From Selaginella moellendorffii (lineage: Eukaryota; Plantae; Lycopodiophyta): a stretch of DNA of 64,000 nt. Shown piece after piece: positions 1-11,688 of the stretch. The DNA lies in NCBI RefSeq assembly GCF_000143415.4, contig NW_003314310.1:1110611-1174610 (forward strand). Direction: 5' to 3'. The notes beneath the pieces are model-generated. The model made no database searches and was not told the DNA's origin. It worked only from the letters and a program-made list of their open reading frames with translations. Made by a program: the position numbers and the translations under genes. How positions within the stretch are numbered: the stretch's first letter is position 1; the number at the start of each line of letters is the position of its first letter.

Positions 1-449
1 CCTGCAGAGGACGGGGAAGCTATTTCTTGGGGGACTAATCGGCATGGTCAACTCGGATCCTCTAGATGGTTCGTTTTTCCTTTATTTCTTGGTTCGTTTC
101 AAAACAAGAATATAATCAGTGACAAATGTTGCAGCATAAGCGAAAGGTCGAACATCAAGTTTTATAGAGTACAAGGGTTGGAAAAACACAGAGTAGTTTC
201 CATATCTGCTGGATCCGAGCACTCTGCCGCTGTTGATGGTTTGTGGAGAGCTTTGATCTTTTTGTTGATGCTAAAGGTCTAATGTTTTCAGCTGCTGGTG
301 ACCTGTATACGTGGGGATGGGGCGAACACGGGCAGCTTGGGCTTGGCCATGTAAACGACGAGAGGCATCCTTGTAGAGTAGTAGTTGGACAATGCCAAAG
401 AAGTCGTGTATGTTGTGGCAGTGGCTTCACGTTTGCATTTTGCAATTGA
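1..449 (+). CDS. RCC1-repeat (UVR8-like) protein, 3' exons, partial
   Basis: RCC1 repeat signatures SWGTNRHGQLG, ISAGSEHSAAV and LYTWGWGEHGQLGLG...CGSGFT across GT-AG introns; stop at 449. Confidence 0.8.
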
Positions 450-1151
450 CCTGTAGGACATTGTTATAACTTCGGTATACTCGAATACAATTCCCACAGA
501 ATATATAAACATTTGCTTATTTAAAATTTAAATTTTTATTACTTGCTGTAATTTAGTAAAGTTTAACCATAAACTTTTAACTTTCCATTTTAATCTCATG
601 GAATATACTTGCAGAAGTTATATGAAACACCACAATTTAGTTTGCTTGAATGCTGCTTACGGGCAAAACATTGCAAGGCTCCAACTGTTGTTTGCAAGCT
701 CCTCAGAAAGATTTGAAATACGTGATACTCTGTCGTGAAAGTACAGCATCTAGAGTACCCCAAACTCTCGTTCTATTACATGCCAGAGTGTAGCATAGTG
801 TCGCAGGCAGTAGTGCGATCCAAGATACCAGATTCCCTTCTGGATTGCAAGAAACAAAGCTTTAGCGAGTTCTATGTGGCCCAAGCTAGAATATGATGTT
901 AGGATTAAATTGTAGCATATACGCAAAGTGGGCATCATGCGGATGAAAGCAAGCATTTCCAGTCTAGATTTCAGTCCTGGTTTCAATCACAAGTCCAAGC
1001 CAATGACCCCTGTTGTAAGCCTAGACTCCAGTTGTAACTTTTCACTGCAGCATCGTGAAATGCTACAAATGATGCGATTCTGATATTCGTATCGACGTCA
1101 GCAAATGTACAAAACTCATAGAAACAAAACTCTGGTAACTGCACGCGCAGT

Positions 1152-2187
1152 TCAGACCAGTAAAAGTGCAGGATCTTCGTTCCTGATGACATCCTCTGGA
1201 AGAAATATTACCCGTAAACATATTGAAAAGGAGACGTAAACAAACTTACCAGGAGAGGCATCAAATACGAAACTGAACAACTGCTGGTAAGGAACCGATC
1301 GCTTCTGCACCACAAGTGCCAGTTTCAAAGCCGAAGCAGAGTGTGCTGCAAAATTCCCGCTCTCTTGATCAGTATTCGGCCCATAGCGAGTCAGAGCCAG
1401 GACATTCGGCGACAACCCCCGAGCCTTCCAGAAAGTGTTTGTAGCTCGGAACTTTCCAGATGCTCGACTCCGTGAGGTTCCACAGTTTCCCAAGGTACTG
1501 GGCTTGGAAGTCTAGAAAGTTTTGCACGAGCAAGCTACGAACCTTGTTCCTGACAAATTCGTGCAGAACACGAATCAGCAGCTCGTCCGACAAGAGATAC
1601 TTGAGTCGCTGGTTCTCAGAGGCGAGCCTGTTTAGCTTCTCCTCAGTGTCCTTGATCCTTTGAGAAAGCTGAGCTATCACGTCTGGCGCTTCCTCCTGGG
1701 GCGCTTCCTCATGAGGTGCTGCCTCCTGGGACTGGACAACTTTGGCTGTGTAAAAACAGCCTTAGTGTTACCGAAGGGGAAGTAAACGAAAGAAGATAGG
1801 ACAGTCACACCTTCGAGCACAAGAGATGTCGCGGATTTCCATAAAGATGGCGAAAGATTGGGCACGCTCTCTGCAAAAAATGTGGTCAAGATCGAAATGC
1901 TGAAAAGAGAAGCTATTATCTTCAGATCTTTCAGGACAGGCCAGAACGATCTCCTTCATCTGCTTCCAGTATTCAAAAGTTTGCTTGTCTAGAACAATTG
2001 TCGCCATTTCTGATAATAAAATTAAAAAACAGAAATACGAAGAAAGTAAGGTGTACTCACCAGAAACAAGAAGGTTTTCTTCGTTTTCCGTCACCGGCTG
2101 CGGCTGTTTAATGGTCGGTGCTTCTGAATAAACTTCTGTGAGGGAAGGAAAGAAACGTAGACCCTTACCTGGAGCTACAATTGCCAT
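1152..2187 (-). pseudogene. Multi-exon coiled-coil protein of unknown function, apparently disrupted
   Basis: ATG at 2187 with GT-AG introns; heptad segment IAQLSQRIKDTEEKLNRLASENQRL; reading frame switches at the C5 run 1416-1420 into LSPNVLALTRYGPNTDQESGNFAAH; last exon stops at 1152. Confidence 0.45.
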
Positions 2188-2631
2188 AAACGTATGAAAT
2201 GAGATTTAAATATACTGTCATCGTGGATCCTTTTCCAGTTAGCATAAAGGGAGAGAGATAAGATGTGTTACAATAGGAATTCATCTAACTTTCAAACCCA
2301 AGGACGCTTAACCCCAAGTATCCCAAAACCTTTAACCGATTAAAAAAAGTGGTGCACTCTTATTTATGGGCTTTTTCCCCATAAATTGTCTCTTAAATCG
2401 TTTTTTTGTTGCTTACAATTTATTATGCTTCTATGCAAGTTCATGGCCTTGTAAAGGGAAGCTAAGAGCCACAACTCAACTTAGAAATTTACATTTAGTA
2501 TCAGAAAGGTTTTCTGACTCTATTGGTTAGTTAAGGGAATTACACTATATATTGATTAACATCTTGCAAATTTAATTTACTTTAATTGTGCTCAATTTGA
2601 GGGGTAAAACGTCAAAAGAGCAAAGCTTTCG

Positions 2632-2661
2632 CTTCCCGGAAGGTCACCCAACCTAATACTA
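2632..2661 (-). pseudogene. 5S rRNA-derived fragment (internal control region / box C)
   Basis: Minus strand TAGTATTAGGTTGGGTGACCTTCCGGGAAG versus plant 5S TAGTACTAGGATGGGTGACCTCCCGGGAAG as recalled (27/30). Confidence 0.6.
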
Positions 2662-2789
2662 TTAAGGATGTATAACCCTAAGTATAGTAAAACCTTTAAT
2701 TGATTGAAATAAAGGGTGTAATGGGTATTTTCCTTTTATATTTAAAATTTATAAATTGTTTCTTAAGTTATTTTCTTTGGTTGCTTATA

Positions 2790-3402
2790 ATTAATGATAA
2801 AGACACCACTACCTTTGTAACTCCTTATGCCAATTCATCTATCAACCCCATAATAGAACCTACACTTAGTTTGTGGCCATTTACCTATAGGGTCTAACAT
2901 GATTGCAATTTAGGGCATTTTGTCATTCCATATACCACAGGCCAAAATTCCCACCTCATAAACCAGAATTCTACAAGCAAGGAAATTCATGGTTCCATTT
3001 CTCCAGAGGACAAAGATGATACCTAGTGTCTAAAGCACTACTCATGCCAAAAATTCTAATATATGCCTCTAATACCATGTGAAGAGAAACTAGCCTCTTC
3101 ACCTAACACTTTGAAGAAAGACAGAATTCCAACAACAAGCAGCTCTCAAAAAAAACAAAAAACCTTAAATTGAAGGAATGTGACTCAAGCCACGTGGCTA
3201 ACTCTAACGGTAGGACAGGATGGCATTGGTGGCTGCTACATTCTCTACTTTGGTGGCAGGAAGACCCTTTACTCACGACCTCCAGAGGGGTGAGCACACT
3301 TATAGAAACTGTAAAATGCTTAAACAAACAACATTGTGGCTACATTTTGTCTCTTGTGTTTATAATCACCGGGCCGTCGGATGAAGATCGTGCGAATCCC
3401 TA
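2790..3402 (-). mobile_element. LTR-retrotransposon remnant (LTR end + tRNA-Met PBS), copy 1 of a direct repeat
   Basis: Aligns with 7452-8030; minus strand reads ...CA-TGGTATTAGAG at 3067-3077 (PBS with one mismatch). Confidence 0.6.
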
Positions 3403-3448
3403 ACCCTAGCCAATATATAGGTTTCACGATAGGGTGTCAACAAGCAAA

Positions 3449-6400
3449 ATGGACGAGGAATTGGCTAAGGTGGAGGCTCAAATCGGGCTTCTTGAGCCGC
3501 AGATCCAAGCGGCTGGGGAATCTTTTTTCTCTGCCTTTGAGAGTGGCAATAAATCTCTGGTGGAATATTGGCAGAAGAAGGAAGAGCAGCTGCGGAATGA
3601 GAAAGAGCAGCTGCGGAAGGAAAAAGAACAGCTGCGGAAGGAAAAATTACAGCTGCGGAAGAAGGAACTCCTCCTCCTCCAATGTAATGGTAAGTCATTC
3701 TTTGTGTATTTCTATTTGGGGCGTTTTGCTGTGTGTCGTGGATTATGTGTGGCTATGGTGGCTTTTGGCTATGCTGCCGGTGGACGCATGCTCCCTTGTG
3801 CATCCTTGGTCGTCCTTGTATGGCTATGGCATTTGAGACCCTGGTTTTTTCTTCTAGATCTAATACTAACTTTGTTTTGTTCTGAATGTTGCAGTGCACG
3901 GATCTGGTAAGCAATTGGGAAAGCCCTTTGTTTCCTTGCACATGCATCCCCATTTTCTGTCCAGTTCTTGGTATTCCATTTGTCCAGTTCTGGATGCTAC
4001 TTTAATGCTGTCTGTCTAGTAATAGTTGGGTGTCTTCTCTTTGGGATGACTGGTATGTTTTTCGGCTTGACACTAGAGTTTGCTCAGTTATGCTCACAAG
4101 TCCTTTGTGCGTTCCTCCAAAGCCCCCTTGTTTGCTTTTCATGTCTGTCTTGTGTTTTACTTGGTCATTCCCCGATGCCTTTTCTTTCAAATTTCGTCGC
4201 TGCTAATCTGGTAGCCCTCTCTGTCGAGTACCCCTCAGATCTGTGTTGCGAAATCCCTGACCATAACCACACATGGAAGAGATGACTAACCGAGAAGGAG
4301 CTCTTTCTCCTCTCCCACAGCAGCCTCTCTTTCACCCGGAGCAGCAGCAACTCTTTATCCCGGAGCTGCTCCACTGTCCTGCTTTGCTTGCCCTGTCTGG
4401 TCACGGTTAAGGATTTTTGCTTCCTGAATCTGTTTCTTTCTTTCTGTGTGGATATCTGGTACTCTGCGCATGCTTGGTGGTCATTCTCACCCCTGTTTGC
4501 CCTTTGGCTGTGTTTAATTCTGTGGCCATTCCTCCATAAACTATATTGTACCGCTCACAGCACCAGCGCCACCAGCAGCGGGACTTCCTCCAGCCGATTT
4601 TGACGTGCCTGGTAAAAATGATGTCTAGGGGACTGAATGCCATAATTTTTTGTTTCAGACAAGATCGCCTGGGCCAAGAAGCTGGAGGAGAACCTGACCG
4701 CAGATTTTACTGACGATGGCATTGACTGGACAAGCCATGCGACTTTTCGTGAGCTCCATATTCCCGCTTTCTCTGGAATGGATGGCAGTCAAACATACAT
4801 GTACATGGGCCGCTCACTCTTCAAGGAGATAGAAAGTTTCGTATCGGGCTTGAGACACGGCACTTCGGATAAGCACAACAAACCTCCAGGTGTTATTACT
4901 GGAACTCCGGGGTCTGGGAAGACCACTGCTCTTGCTACTGTGGCGGGATATCTTCGGAAACTTTGGAAGAACACCTCCAAGAAGGTCGTCTTTATCAATG
5001 GCGAAGATTTCGTCGACAATCCCTTGAGGACAATGTGGCTGGCTCTTTTGCTGAGCTACATAAACGACCTTCCAGCCGAGCTTTCGTACCAGGGGTGGAC
5101 CTTGAAAGTATTAGAATCTTGGATCCTGTCGAGATCAGAGCAGCTTTACTTTCTGGTGGACGAGTCCAACGCGTTTGACACCACGCTGAAGAGAGAACCG
5201 GGGGCTGCCAGCGCGAAAAAAAGAGACGAGGCTTACCATTTTATGATGACGATGCAACTGCAGTACGTCGTTGTCTACTGCTCGTCCGTCGGACCTCTGT
5301 GGAGGAGCAGAGTAGTGAGCGACAAAAGCCCTCCGTACATGTTAGTCACAGGTGGTTACAACGTAAGTGGCGACTACTTTCCAACACTGGTGTGGGGCTA
5401 ACTTGTGTGCTTTTCCTTTTATCCAACAGGCTGAGGAACTGCAGGCATATTGCGAACACGAGGTTCGTCGTGCCGGGGGGCTCCAAGCGGAGGTGAGCAT
5501 AGTATTTACCGTGTCTTCCTTTAAAGCCTACTAATGGTTTGGAGTAGGAGGATCCGATTGTGGCGTATTGCAGGCTTCCCACAAGGCAAGGCCACCGGAA
5601 GTTGAATGCGAAACGCATTAAGGTAAATGAAATGTGTGAATGTGTGGCTTACCGACGCGATGAAGCAGGTTGATGGATCTGAAGAGGAGCTGAATTTGTC
5701 CGACATGGAGCTCTGCTCGGAATTCAAAAGTGAGACTGGCTGGGTTCCCAGGCTTGTCGCTCATTACGGGACCGCGATGCTACGGATGACGTACCAGATG
5801 TACGAAACTGGCGTGGAAGAGTATATCCAAGAGGCGGTCAAGAACCCATCTCGCTGGAATTGCTTCATAGCTGTGGTCGGCGGAGTGGACACGATTAGAA
5901 CGGTGTTGCCAGACGCGCTAGACACTCGATGCTTCTACGTGGATGCAGAAACAGAAACAGGAAAATGCCTATCAGATTCTCTGCGTGCGCGCACTATGGC
6001 GCTCATCACCGAGACTCTGCGGTACGCGTCCGACTTGGAGGCTAGGATGGGCATTGGCCAATGGACAAGGCTGATCCGGCACGACGACAACAGTGCTCGG
6101 GTTGGGTGGAACGCAGAAATGGCAACTCTCATTTTCATCAAACACTATGGTATCGTTATTGACACGGAAGGTCTGCAGCTTAACTTCAGACCTGAAGTGG
6201 TTGTCAGATTCGAAGGTGATTTCTCTCCCCAATTTCTGATCGCGGACAATGTTTCTCGTTTCTTCCCACCTGTGAAGTTCAACCACACGGGAGTTGATTG
6301 CCTTGGATCAAACCAGAAGCACGTTTTGTGGGTGCAAATAGCGACTGGGGTGGATGTGGTATTGAAGCATGGAAATACGCTCTCGCGATTTTTGGAGATG

Positions 6401-6739
6401 ACAAAAGGTGACGCGCGAGAGAAGGTTCTTGTCTGGATCTTGGCAGTGGACAGTGCTGATAAGATATGGATACGCAATGGCGTGGGTTACAAGGAGGTGT
6501 TCATTTGTTTTGGCCGTTTGAGTGAAATGCTGAAAGTCATCGACGTTGCATGCGGCAAGCTGCATCTCGAGAGTAGCAAGCACGTCAAGTTGGCAAGCAA
6601 CCCTGAAGAAGCTAAAGCTGAGGCGGAGGAGTTGAAAAAGCTTGGTCGGTGTGGTTCCTTGAGCACGGAGAGTGGAAAGCCGTGTCGGCGTCTTCGTGGT
6701 GCCCAGCCATATTGCCATCACCACGATAAGCGTCCTTGA
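3449..6739 (+). CDS. Coiled-coil + P-loop NTPase + PD-(D/E)XK-like nuclease + C3H Zn finger protein (Crinkler/CR-effector-like), about 721 aa
   Basis: Phase-compatible exons 3449-3689, 3895-3906, 4659-5362, 5430-5492, 5548-5622, 5669-6739; Walker A GTPGSGKT, Walker B LYFLVDE, PVKFNHTGVD...WVQIA, C-x10-C-x9-C-x2-H. Confidence 0.75.
3584..3667 (+). repeat. 21-nt coding tandem repeat, four units (EQLRKEK heptads)
   Basis: GAGCAGCTGCGGAAGGAAAAA-type units read directly. Confidence 0.9.
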
Positions 6740-6839
6740 ATAATCTTCAGCCTTAGATGTTTACATTTAATGGGGAATTCTAGGGCATCTGGTGGCAAAG
6801 CTTGTGCTTCTCGACGATGGCAGTGATGGTGAGGCTGAC

Positions 6840-7110
6840 AGATAAACGAAGTGAGTGCTGTGGAGGATTTCCATCCTTGTCCCCAGGATTTTCCAGAAGT
6901 TGCTTAGCCAGAACATCTTTCAGGTACACTGGTTTCTTCCTCTCCTTCAAAACCTTCTCTTCCTCGATTTCATCACCATTGTTATTGGAAAACTTCACCT
7001 TTTGGCTTGTACATGTTGATCCTGGCTAGCATCTCTAAAATTAGTATCTTTGCAGCACTCTATCCTCTGTCTTCATCCTCTCATTTTACAACAAATCTGT
7101 GTCCACAAGC
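6840..7110 (-). pseudogene. KRI1-like ribosome biogenesis gene fragment
   Basis: KKPVYLKDVLAKQLLE resembles the plant KRI1 motif as recalled; upstream ILEMLARI lies in another frame; no full ORF. Confidence 0.4.
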
Positions 7111-7215
7111 CTGCACTTTCGAAGCAGTGGCTTCTGAAGCAGTGCCAATCTTGGCCTTTGCTTGAGGATAATAATTCAGATTAGAATACTCTTTGAGCCA
7201 GTCAAATAAAAGCTG

Positions 7216-7400
7216 TTAAAGGAATTTGAAAAAGGAATAGAAGAATAAAGGAGCAAAATAAAAATACATTGATGGGGAGACAAAAATGATAGAAGCAAAT
7301 GTAAAAGGAAATGAAAATAAAATAAAGGGAATGAAAGAAAAATAAAGAAGTATGAAACAATTAAAAAAAATTCTCAACCCAAAAACCACTTTAGGCAATA
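7216..7400 (-). mobile_element. Fragment related to the Gypsy element at 47.8-54 kb
   Basis: Inverted similarity to about 49340-49480 (FPFTFASIIFVSP vs FASTFTSITFVSP). Confidence 0.45.
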
Positions 7401-7451
7401 GAAAATAAATTCAAACCTTTATCAACCAATATAGAGAGAATAACAAGAGTG

Positions 7452-8190
7452 ATTAATGATGAAGACACCATTCCCTTTGTAACTCCCCATACCAATTCGT
7501 TTATCAACCCACAATAGAACCTACACTTAGTTTGTGGCCATCTACCAATTTAGGGCATTTTGCAATTCCAGATACCCACCTTATAAACCAGAATTCTGCA
7601 GGCAAGGAAATTCAGTGCTTCATTTCTCCAGAGACAAAGATGACACCTAGTGTCTAAAGCACTACTCATGCCAAAAATTCTAACCTATGCCTCTGATACC
7701 ATGTGAAGAGAAGCTAGCCTCTCCACCTAACACTGAAGAAAGAGAAAACTCCAACAATAAGTGGCTCTCAAAAAAAACTAACCTTAAATTGAAGGAATGT
7801 GACTCAAGCCACGTGGCTAACTCTAACAGTGGTAGAACAGGATGGCATTGGTGGCTTCCACATTCTCTATTTTGGTGGCAGGAAGACCTTTTATTCACGA
7901 CATCCATAGGTAAAATAGAAGCCGCTTAAACAAATAAAATTGTGGCTGAGTTTTCACTTTTTGTCTCTTGTGTTTATAATTGAGTTAGTGGTCTAAACAA
8001 CCGTCGGATGAAGATCGTGCGGTCCCTGACGATTCTAGGGCGCCACTGTGCGGAAACAGCTTCTCAAATGTCATGCATTCTTTGTGTATTTAGCTTTCCC
8101 CCTCGATTTGGGCTGTTTTGCTGTGTGTCGTGGATTGTGTGGTTCCATGTGGCTATGGCTGCTTTCGGCCATGGTTAAGGATTTTGCCTG
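7452..8190. repeat. Copy 2 of direct repeat: LTR/PBS remnant plus deleted 5' end of the CR-like gene
   Basis: Aligns to 2790-3402 and 3695-3770; perfect PBS complement CTCTGATACCA at 7691-7701. Confidence 0.85.
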
Positions 8191-8430
8191 TGCTGGAAGT
8201 GTGGTGCAAAATCGGCGGATGTCTATAGGGTTTCAAGGTCTTGGATTTGGCCTTGGGTGCTTGTGTGTCTGGCTCATGAATGCTACTTTAATGCTGTCAC
8301 TATGTGGCCTTAGACTGCATGGCAAAAGGCTTGGTTGATCCTTGTTAGCCAGAGGCAAGAGCAACTTTCTTTTGAAAATGTACTTGTTTATTGATCTAAA
8401 AATGACGGGAGAGGATCCATCTGATCTACA

Positions 8431-8714
8431 CTAAAAGTGGAATCCTTTCTTCTCATCTTCCATAGACTTCTTCTTGCAAATGTTGATATTGATGTTGTTG
8501 TTCTTGATCCTCCTGTGCTTGTGAGAGCCATGGACTGAAGAACCTCCATCTTCATGATCACAGGATGCAACGCTGGTTCTACCAATGATGAATCCTTCTC
8601 ACCAACACCATCATCCAAAGACAAAAGCTCCCTTCTACAAAAAGAAGAAGAAGACAGTGCTATCTGGAGAGTGGCAAGAGCAAAAACCAGAAACAACTCC
8701 AAAGAAGCCTTCAT
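8431..8714 (-). pseudogene. Secreted His/Asp-rich peptide paralog, frameshifted
   Basis: Signal peptide MKASLELFLVFALATLQIA; the family C-terminus HGSHKHRR..NINICKKKSM..KKGFHF* is in a different frame. Confidence 0.7.
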
Positions 8715-9138
8715 TGTTATTGATGAGTTTAATCAATGCTTGCTGAGTGCCAATGGTTGGAACATGGAGGCCTTAAATAATTACAAGTATGCATGCATTT
8801 CATGCAATCAACCATTGCTTTATAAAATTTCAAAACTTATGCTATAAAGATATAATGCCAATATTCTGCTCCTCTCTTGATCAAATCCCACATTTCACAT
8901 GTATTATTTATAGGAGGTCAAATATATTTTGGAGGTATGTCATTGATAGCATGGTTGCAGAAACCCATACTACCTTTTCATAATGATCGGCAGGTTGTAA
9001 ACCACACTTTGTCAAATTTGCAAGGACTGTTAACATGGATGAATGTAAATGAATGACAATCACGTTTTTAACTCTAGAGACCAGAGATTGTAATACCAAG
9101 AGCTAAAATGCATTGCATGTAGGTCCCATTCCTTTAGT

Positions 9139-9223
9139 TGTATATGTATATATATGTATATATATGTGTATGTATATATATGTATGTATATGTATGTATG
9201 TATATATGTATATATATATATAT
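9139..9223. repeat. (TA/TG)n microsatellite
   Basis: Visible TATATGTATA array. Confidence 0.95.
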
Positions 9224-9399
9224 GGCTTTTAAGTGTTGGCTGGGCCACCCGGCGAGGAGGGGTGTCGATCGGGGCGGGTGCGTGTGCCGGTTTCCCGGCG
9301 CTCGGGGGAGCAGCTAAATATGCATTCTGGAGTGTGTTTTGTTCACTGTGCAGTGTTTTCTCCAAAATAAATATTAAGTGGTGTTCCGGGAAGATAGTT

Positions 9400-9710
9400 T
9401 TATTAATCTACAAATGCAGAAGAGGATCCAACATTGAGGGTGGAAATTTCATTGAATCCATAAACTTCTTCCTGCAAATGTTGATATTGATGTCGATGTG
9501 GATGTTGTTGTGAGGAATGGGAGGCGCACAAGAAATTTCAGTGTACAAAGGAGTGCTGTGTTCGAATTCGTGCCTTAACGTGCTTGGGAAAATACAAAGT
9601 TGGCAGCCACTCTCCGTAGGCTTTTCTTGCCTCCTTTGCTCTCCTGGCCTCCTCATCTGTACAATCTCTTGCCCAGTGTCCTGGCTTCTTGCAAATGTTG
9701 AATCTCAAGC
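9400..9710 (-). pseudogene. Chimeric remnant: degenerate CCHC knuckle upstream of a peptide-family C-terminus
   Basis: FNICKKPGHWARDC at about 9660-9705; HIDININICRKKFM and matching 3' UTR at 9400-9515. Confidence 0.5.
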
Positions 9711-10059
9711 TCCAGCTCAATAGCCGTAAGCAGGACGAGATAGAATCAGTGAGTGATTTTGCCTGTGTAATGACAAGGCAAAGCAACAAGAAGTTTAAGA
9801 AAAGAAGAAGAACAATTTGTGCAGCAATCTCGCTCTCTTGCCAAGGATCAAGCACATAGCATCCTAAATCTACCATGTAAAGACAAGAGAAACAAAACAA
9901 GGATTTTGGAATGCTAGCTGCTGCTGGCTGTATGCTTGGCACTATTCTTATTCACACATAAAAAAGTGGAAGAGACAAAGCTAAGTTAGCCAAAAGTCAT
10001 AATGGTTATCTTGATTCCCTCAATAGAAAACCTAGATTGGTCTGTCTCCAAAGTTTTTG

Positions 10060-10260
10060 ATCCTGGTGATGTTTGGATTGCCGTCCATTGCCCATTGCCG
10101 TACTGTGATCCCGCCTCTCGAGCATGAGAACTTTGTATTTTCTTGAGAGAGTTGCGGCAAGGAGCAATCCCACGGTTCCACCACCCACGATTATATATTC
10201 CGTAGAGATTGATCAAACAAAACTGCGCTAGAAGAATGTAGGCAACGATCGAGCCCATGT
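10060..10260 (-). pseudogene. GMC oxidoreductase 5' fragment
   Basis: IIVGGGTVGLLLAATLSRKYKVLMLER; deleted copy of 20930-21260. Confidence 0.85.
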
Positions 10261-10349
10261 GCAAATCTTTAATGGAAGAAAAACTACATGGATTTCTGGC
10301 TTAAAAAACCATATATCTAGAGTGATCTATCCACACATAATAAAAACGT

Positions 10350-10670
10350 GATGTTGTTGCTACCAAAAAGATTGTTGTGACCTTTTTACTGACTTTCATG
10401 ACAAGTCCAGATGCGGATCGCCGAGCACCTGGAGGACTGCACAGGTCTTATGACTCCCAGAGCAAACGACCTCGTCAACTCTTCGCTGGTGTGCGAGCTT
10501 GGATGATGTTCGAGGCTCACAGTGGTCCAGTTTTGAAGCAATATGATATAGCAGCGTACAGCGGCCATTCCAGTCTGAAAGCCCTGGAGTCCACGAAGAG
10601 CGTGGCTGATGCCATTAGCTGCGTTGCCAAGATGTACGCACTCGTGTGGTCCGGCCCCCCGGAAGGTGTT
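10350..10670 (+). pseudogene. PPR gene fragment
   Basis: Deleted copy of 21360-21880. Confidence 0.6.
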
Positions 10671-11433
10671 TGACAATAGGTAGAAGAACGAGCTCTGCTC
10701 TACAGCATTAGCTATATAAGAATATTAGTGAAGCCAAACGCCAAAACATTCATTACAGTTTGGGATACGAGAAGGGATTGCGATTCCAATAGCTGAAGAA
10801 CCTGTCTTCTGGGACGATCTGGCTGCTTGAAAGAAGCCCTGAAAGAAGCCAAGGAGAAGCTGCCAGACGGAAACCGCTCCAGAAAGTTTCACGACACAAT
10901 GTATACTTTTCATCAGGAGAAGATGTTTACAGTATATGACCATGTCGCACCTCTCTCTCATCAACTGCTTTAGAGTTTTTGGTAACTCTCCAGCTGAAAA
11001 TGCATCTATTTTCAATCTCTATAGAGAGGGAAGGCTTTGTCACCGCCGGACTTCTTCAATTTGGATCATACGAGGACTCCAACCTACAGAATGCACTATA
11101 CTATAGACCACCGAATGTTGGAAGAGCACAGTCAATTTCTAGCTCTTCCCTTACAGCGTTTGACATACGCTGAGCCAGATGCCCAGAATAAGCTGTGCGA
11201 TCAGGCTTACAAGTTGTCAAAGGTCTACTTCAATTTTAACATTTGAGCATAAGTCAACAGCATCACCACCCAAGAGCATGTTTTTGGCCCTGATCATTTG
11301 GAAGAACTCCCAATCTTCTTCACGGCTGCTGAGCTTTTTATAGATACTGGCCTTTATATTTTCTTCTGACGAACTTACACAAGAACTGCCTTCTCTTAGA
11401 TAGCCTTTCCATAAATACAAAACTACTTAAACA

Positions 11434-11517
11434 TGTCAGAAGTGGGATTTGAACCCACGCCCTCGTGAGAGGAGCAGAACTTGAGTCTGCCGCCTTAGAC
11501 CGCTCGGCCATCCTGAC
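11434..11517 (-). tRNA. trnL-CAA: tRNA-Leu(CAA)
   Basis: GTCAGGA/TTCTGAC acceptor stem, anticodon arm GCAGA-CT-CAA-GT-TCTGC, long variable arm, GGTTCAAATCC T-loop. Confidence 0.95.
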
Positions 11518-11688
11518 AATATATGTTCATAATCTTAGATTTTGGTTTTTATCGAGCAATGGTTGAATGCATGAAGCATTCAACCACTTGGCAATGCATG
11601 CTGGAGTATAACATAATATATAAGGCCTGAAAGGTTTAGCAATTATTCAGCAAGAATTGATCAAGTTCCATTAACCTCTACTGCAATA

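Noticed and set aside
9060-9513. YIYI/YVYV-rich ORFs
   Set aside because: Translation of the TA microsatellite
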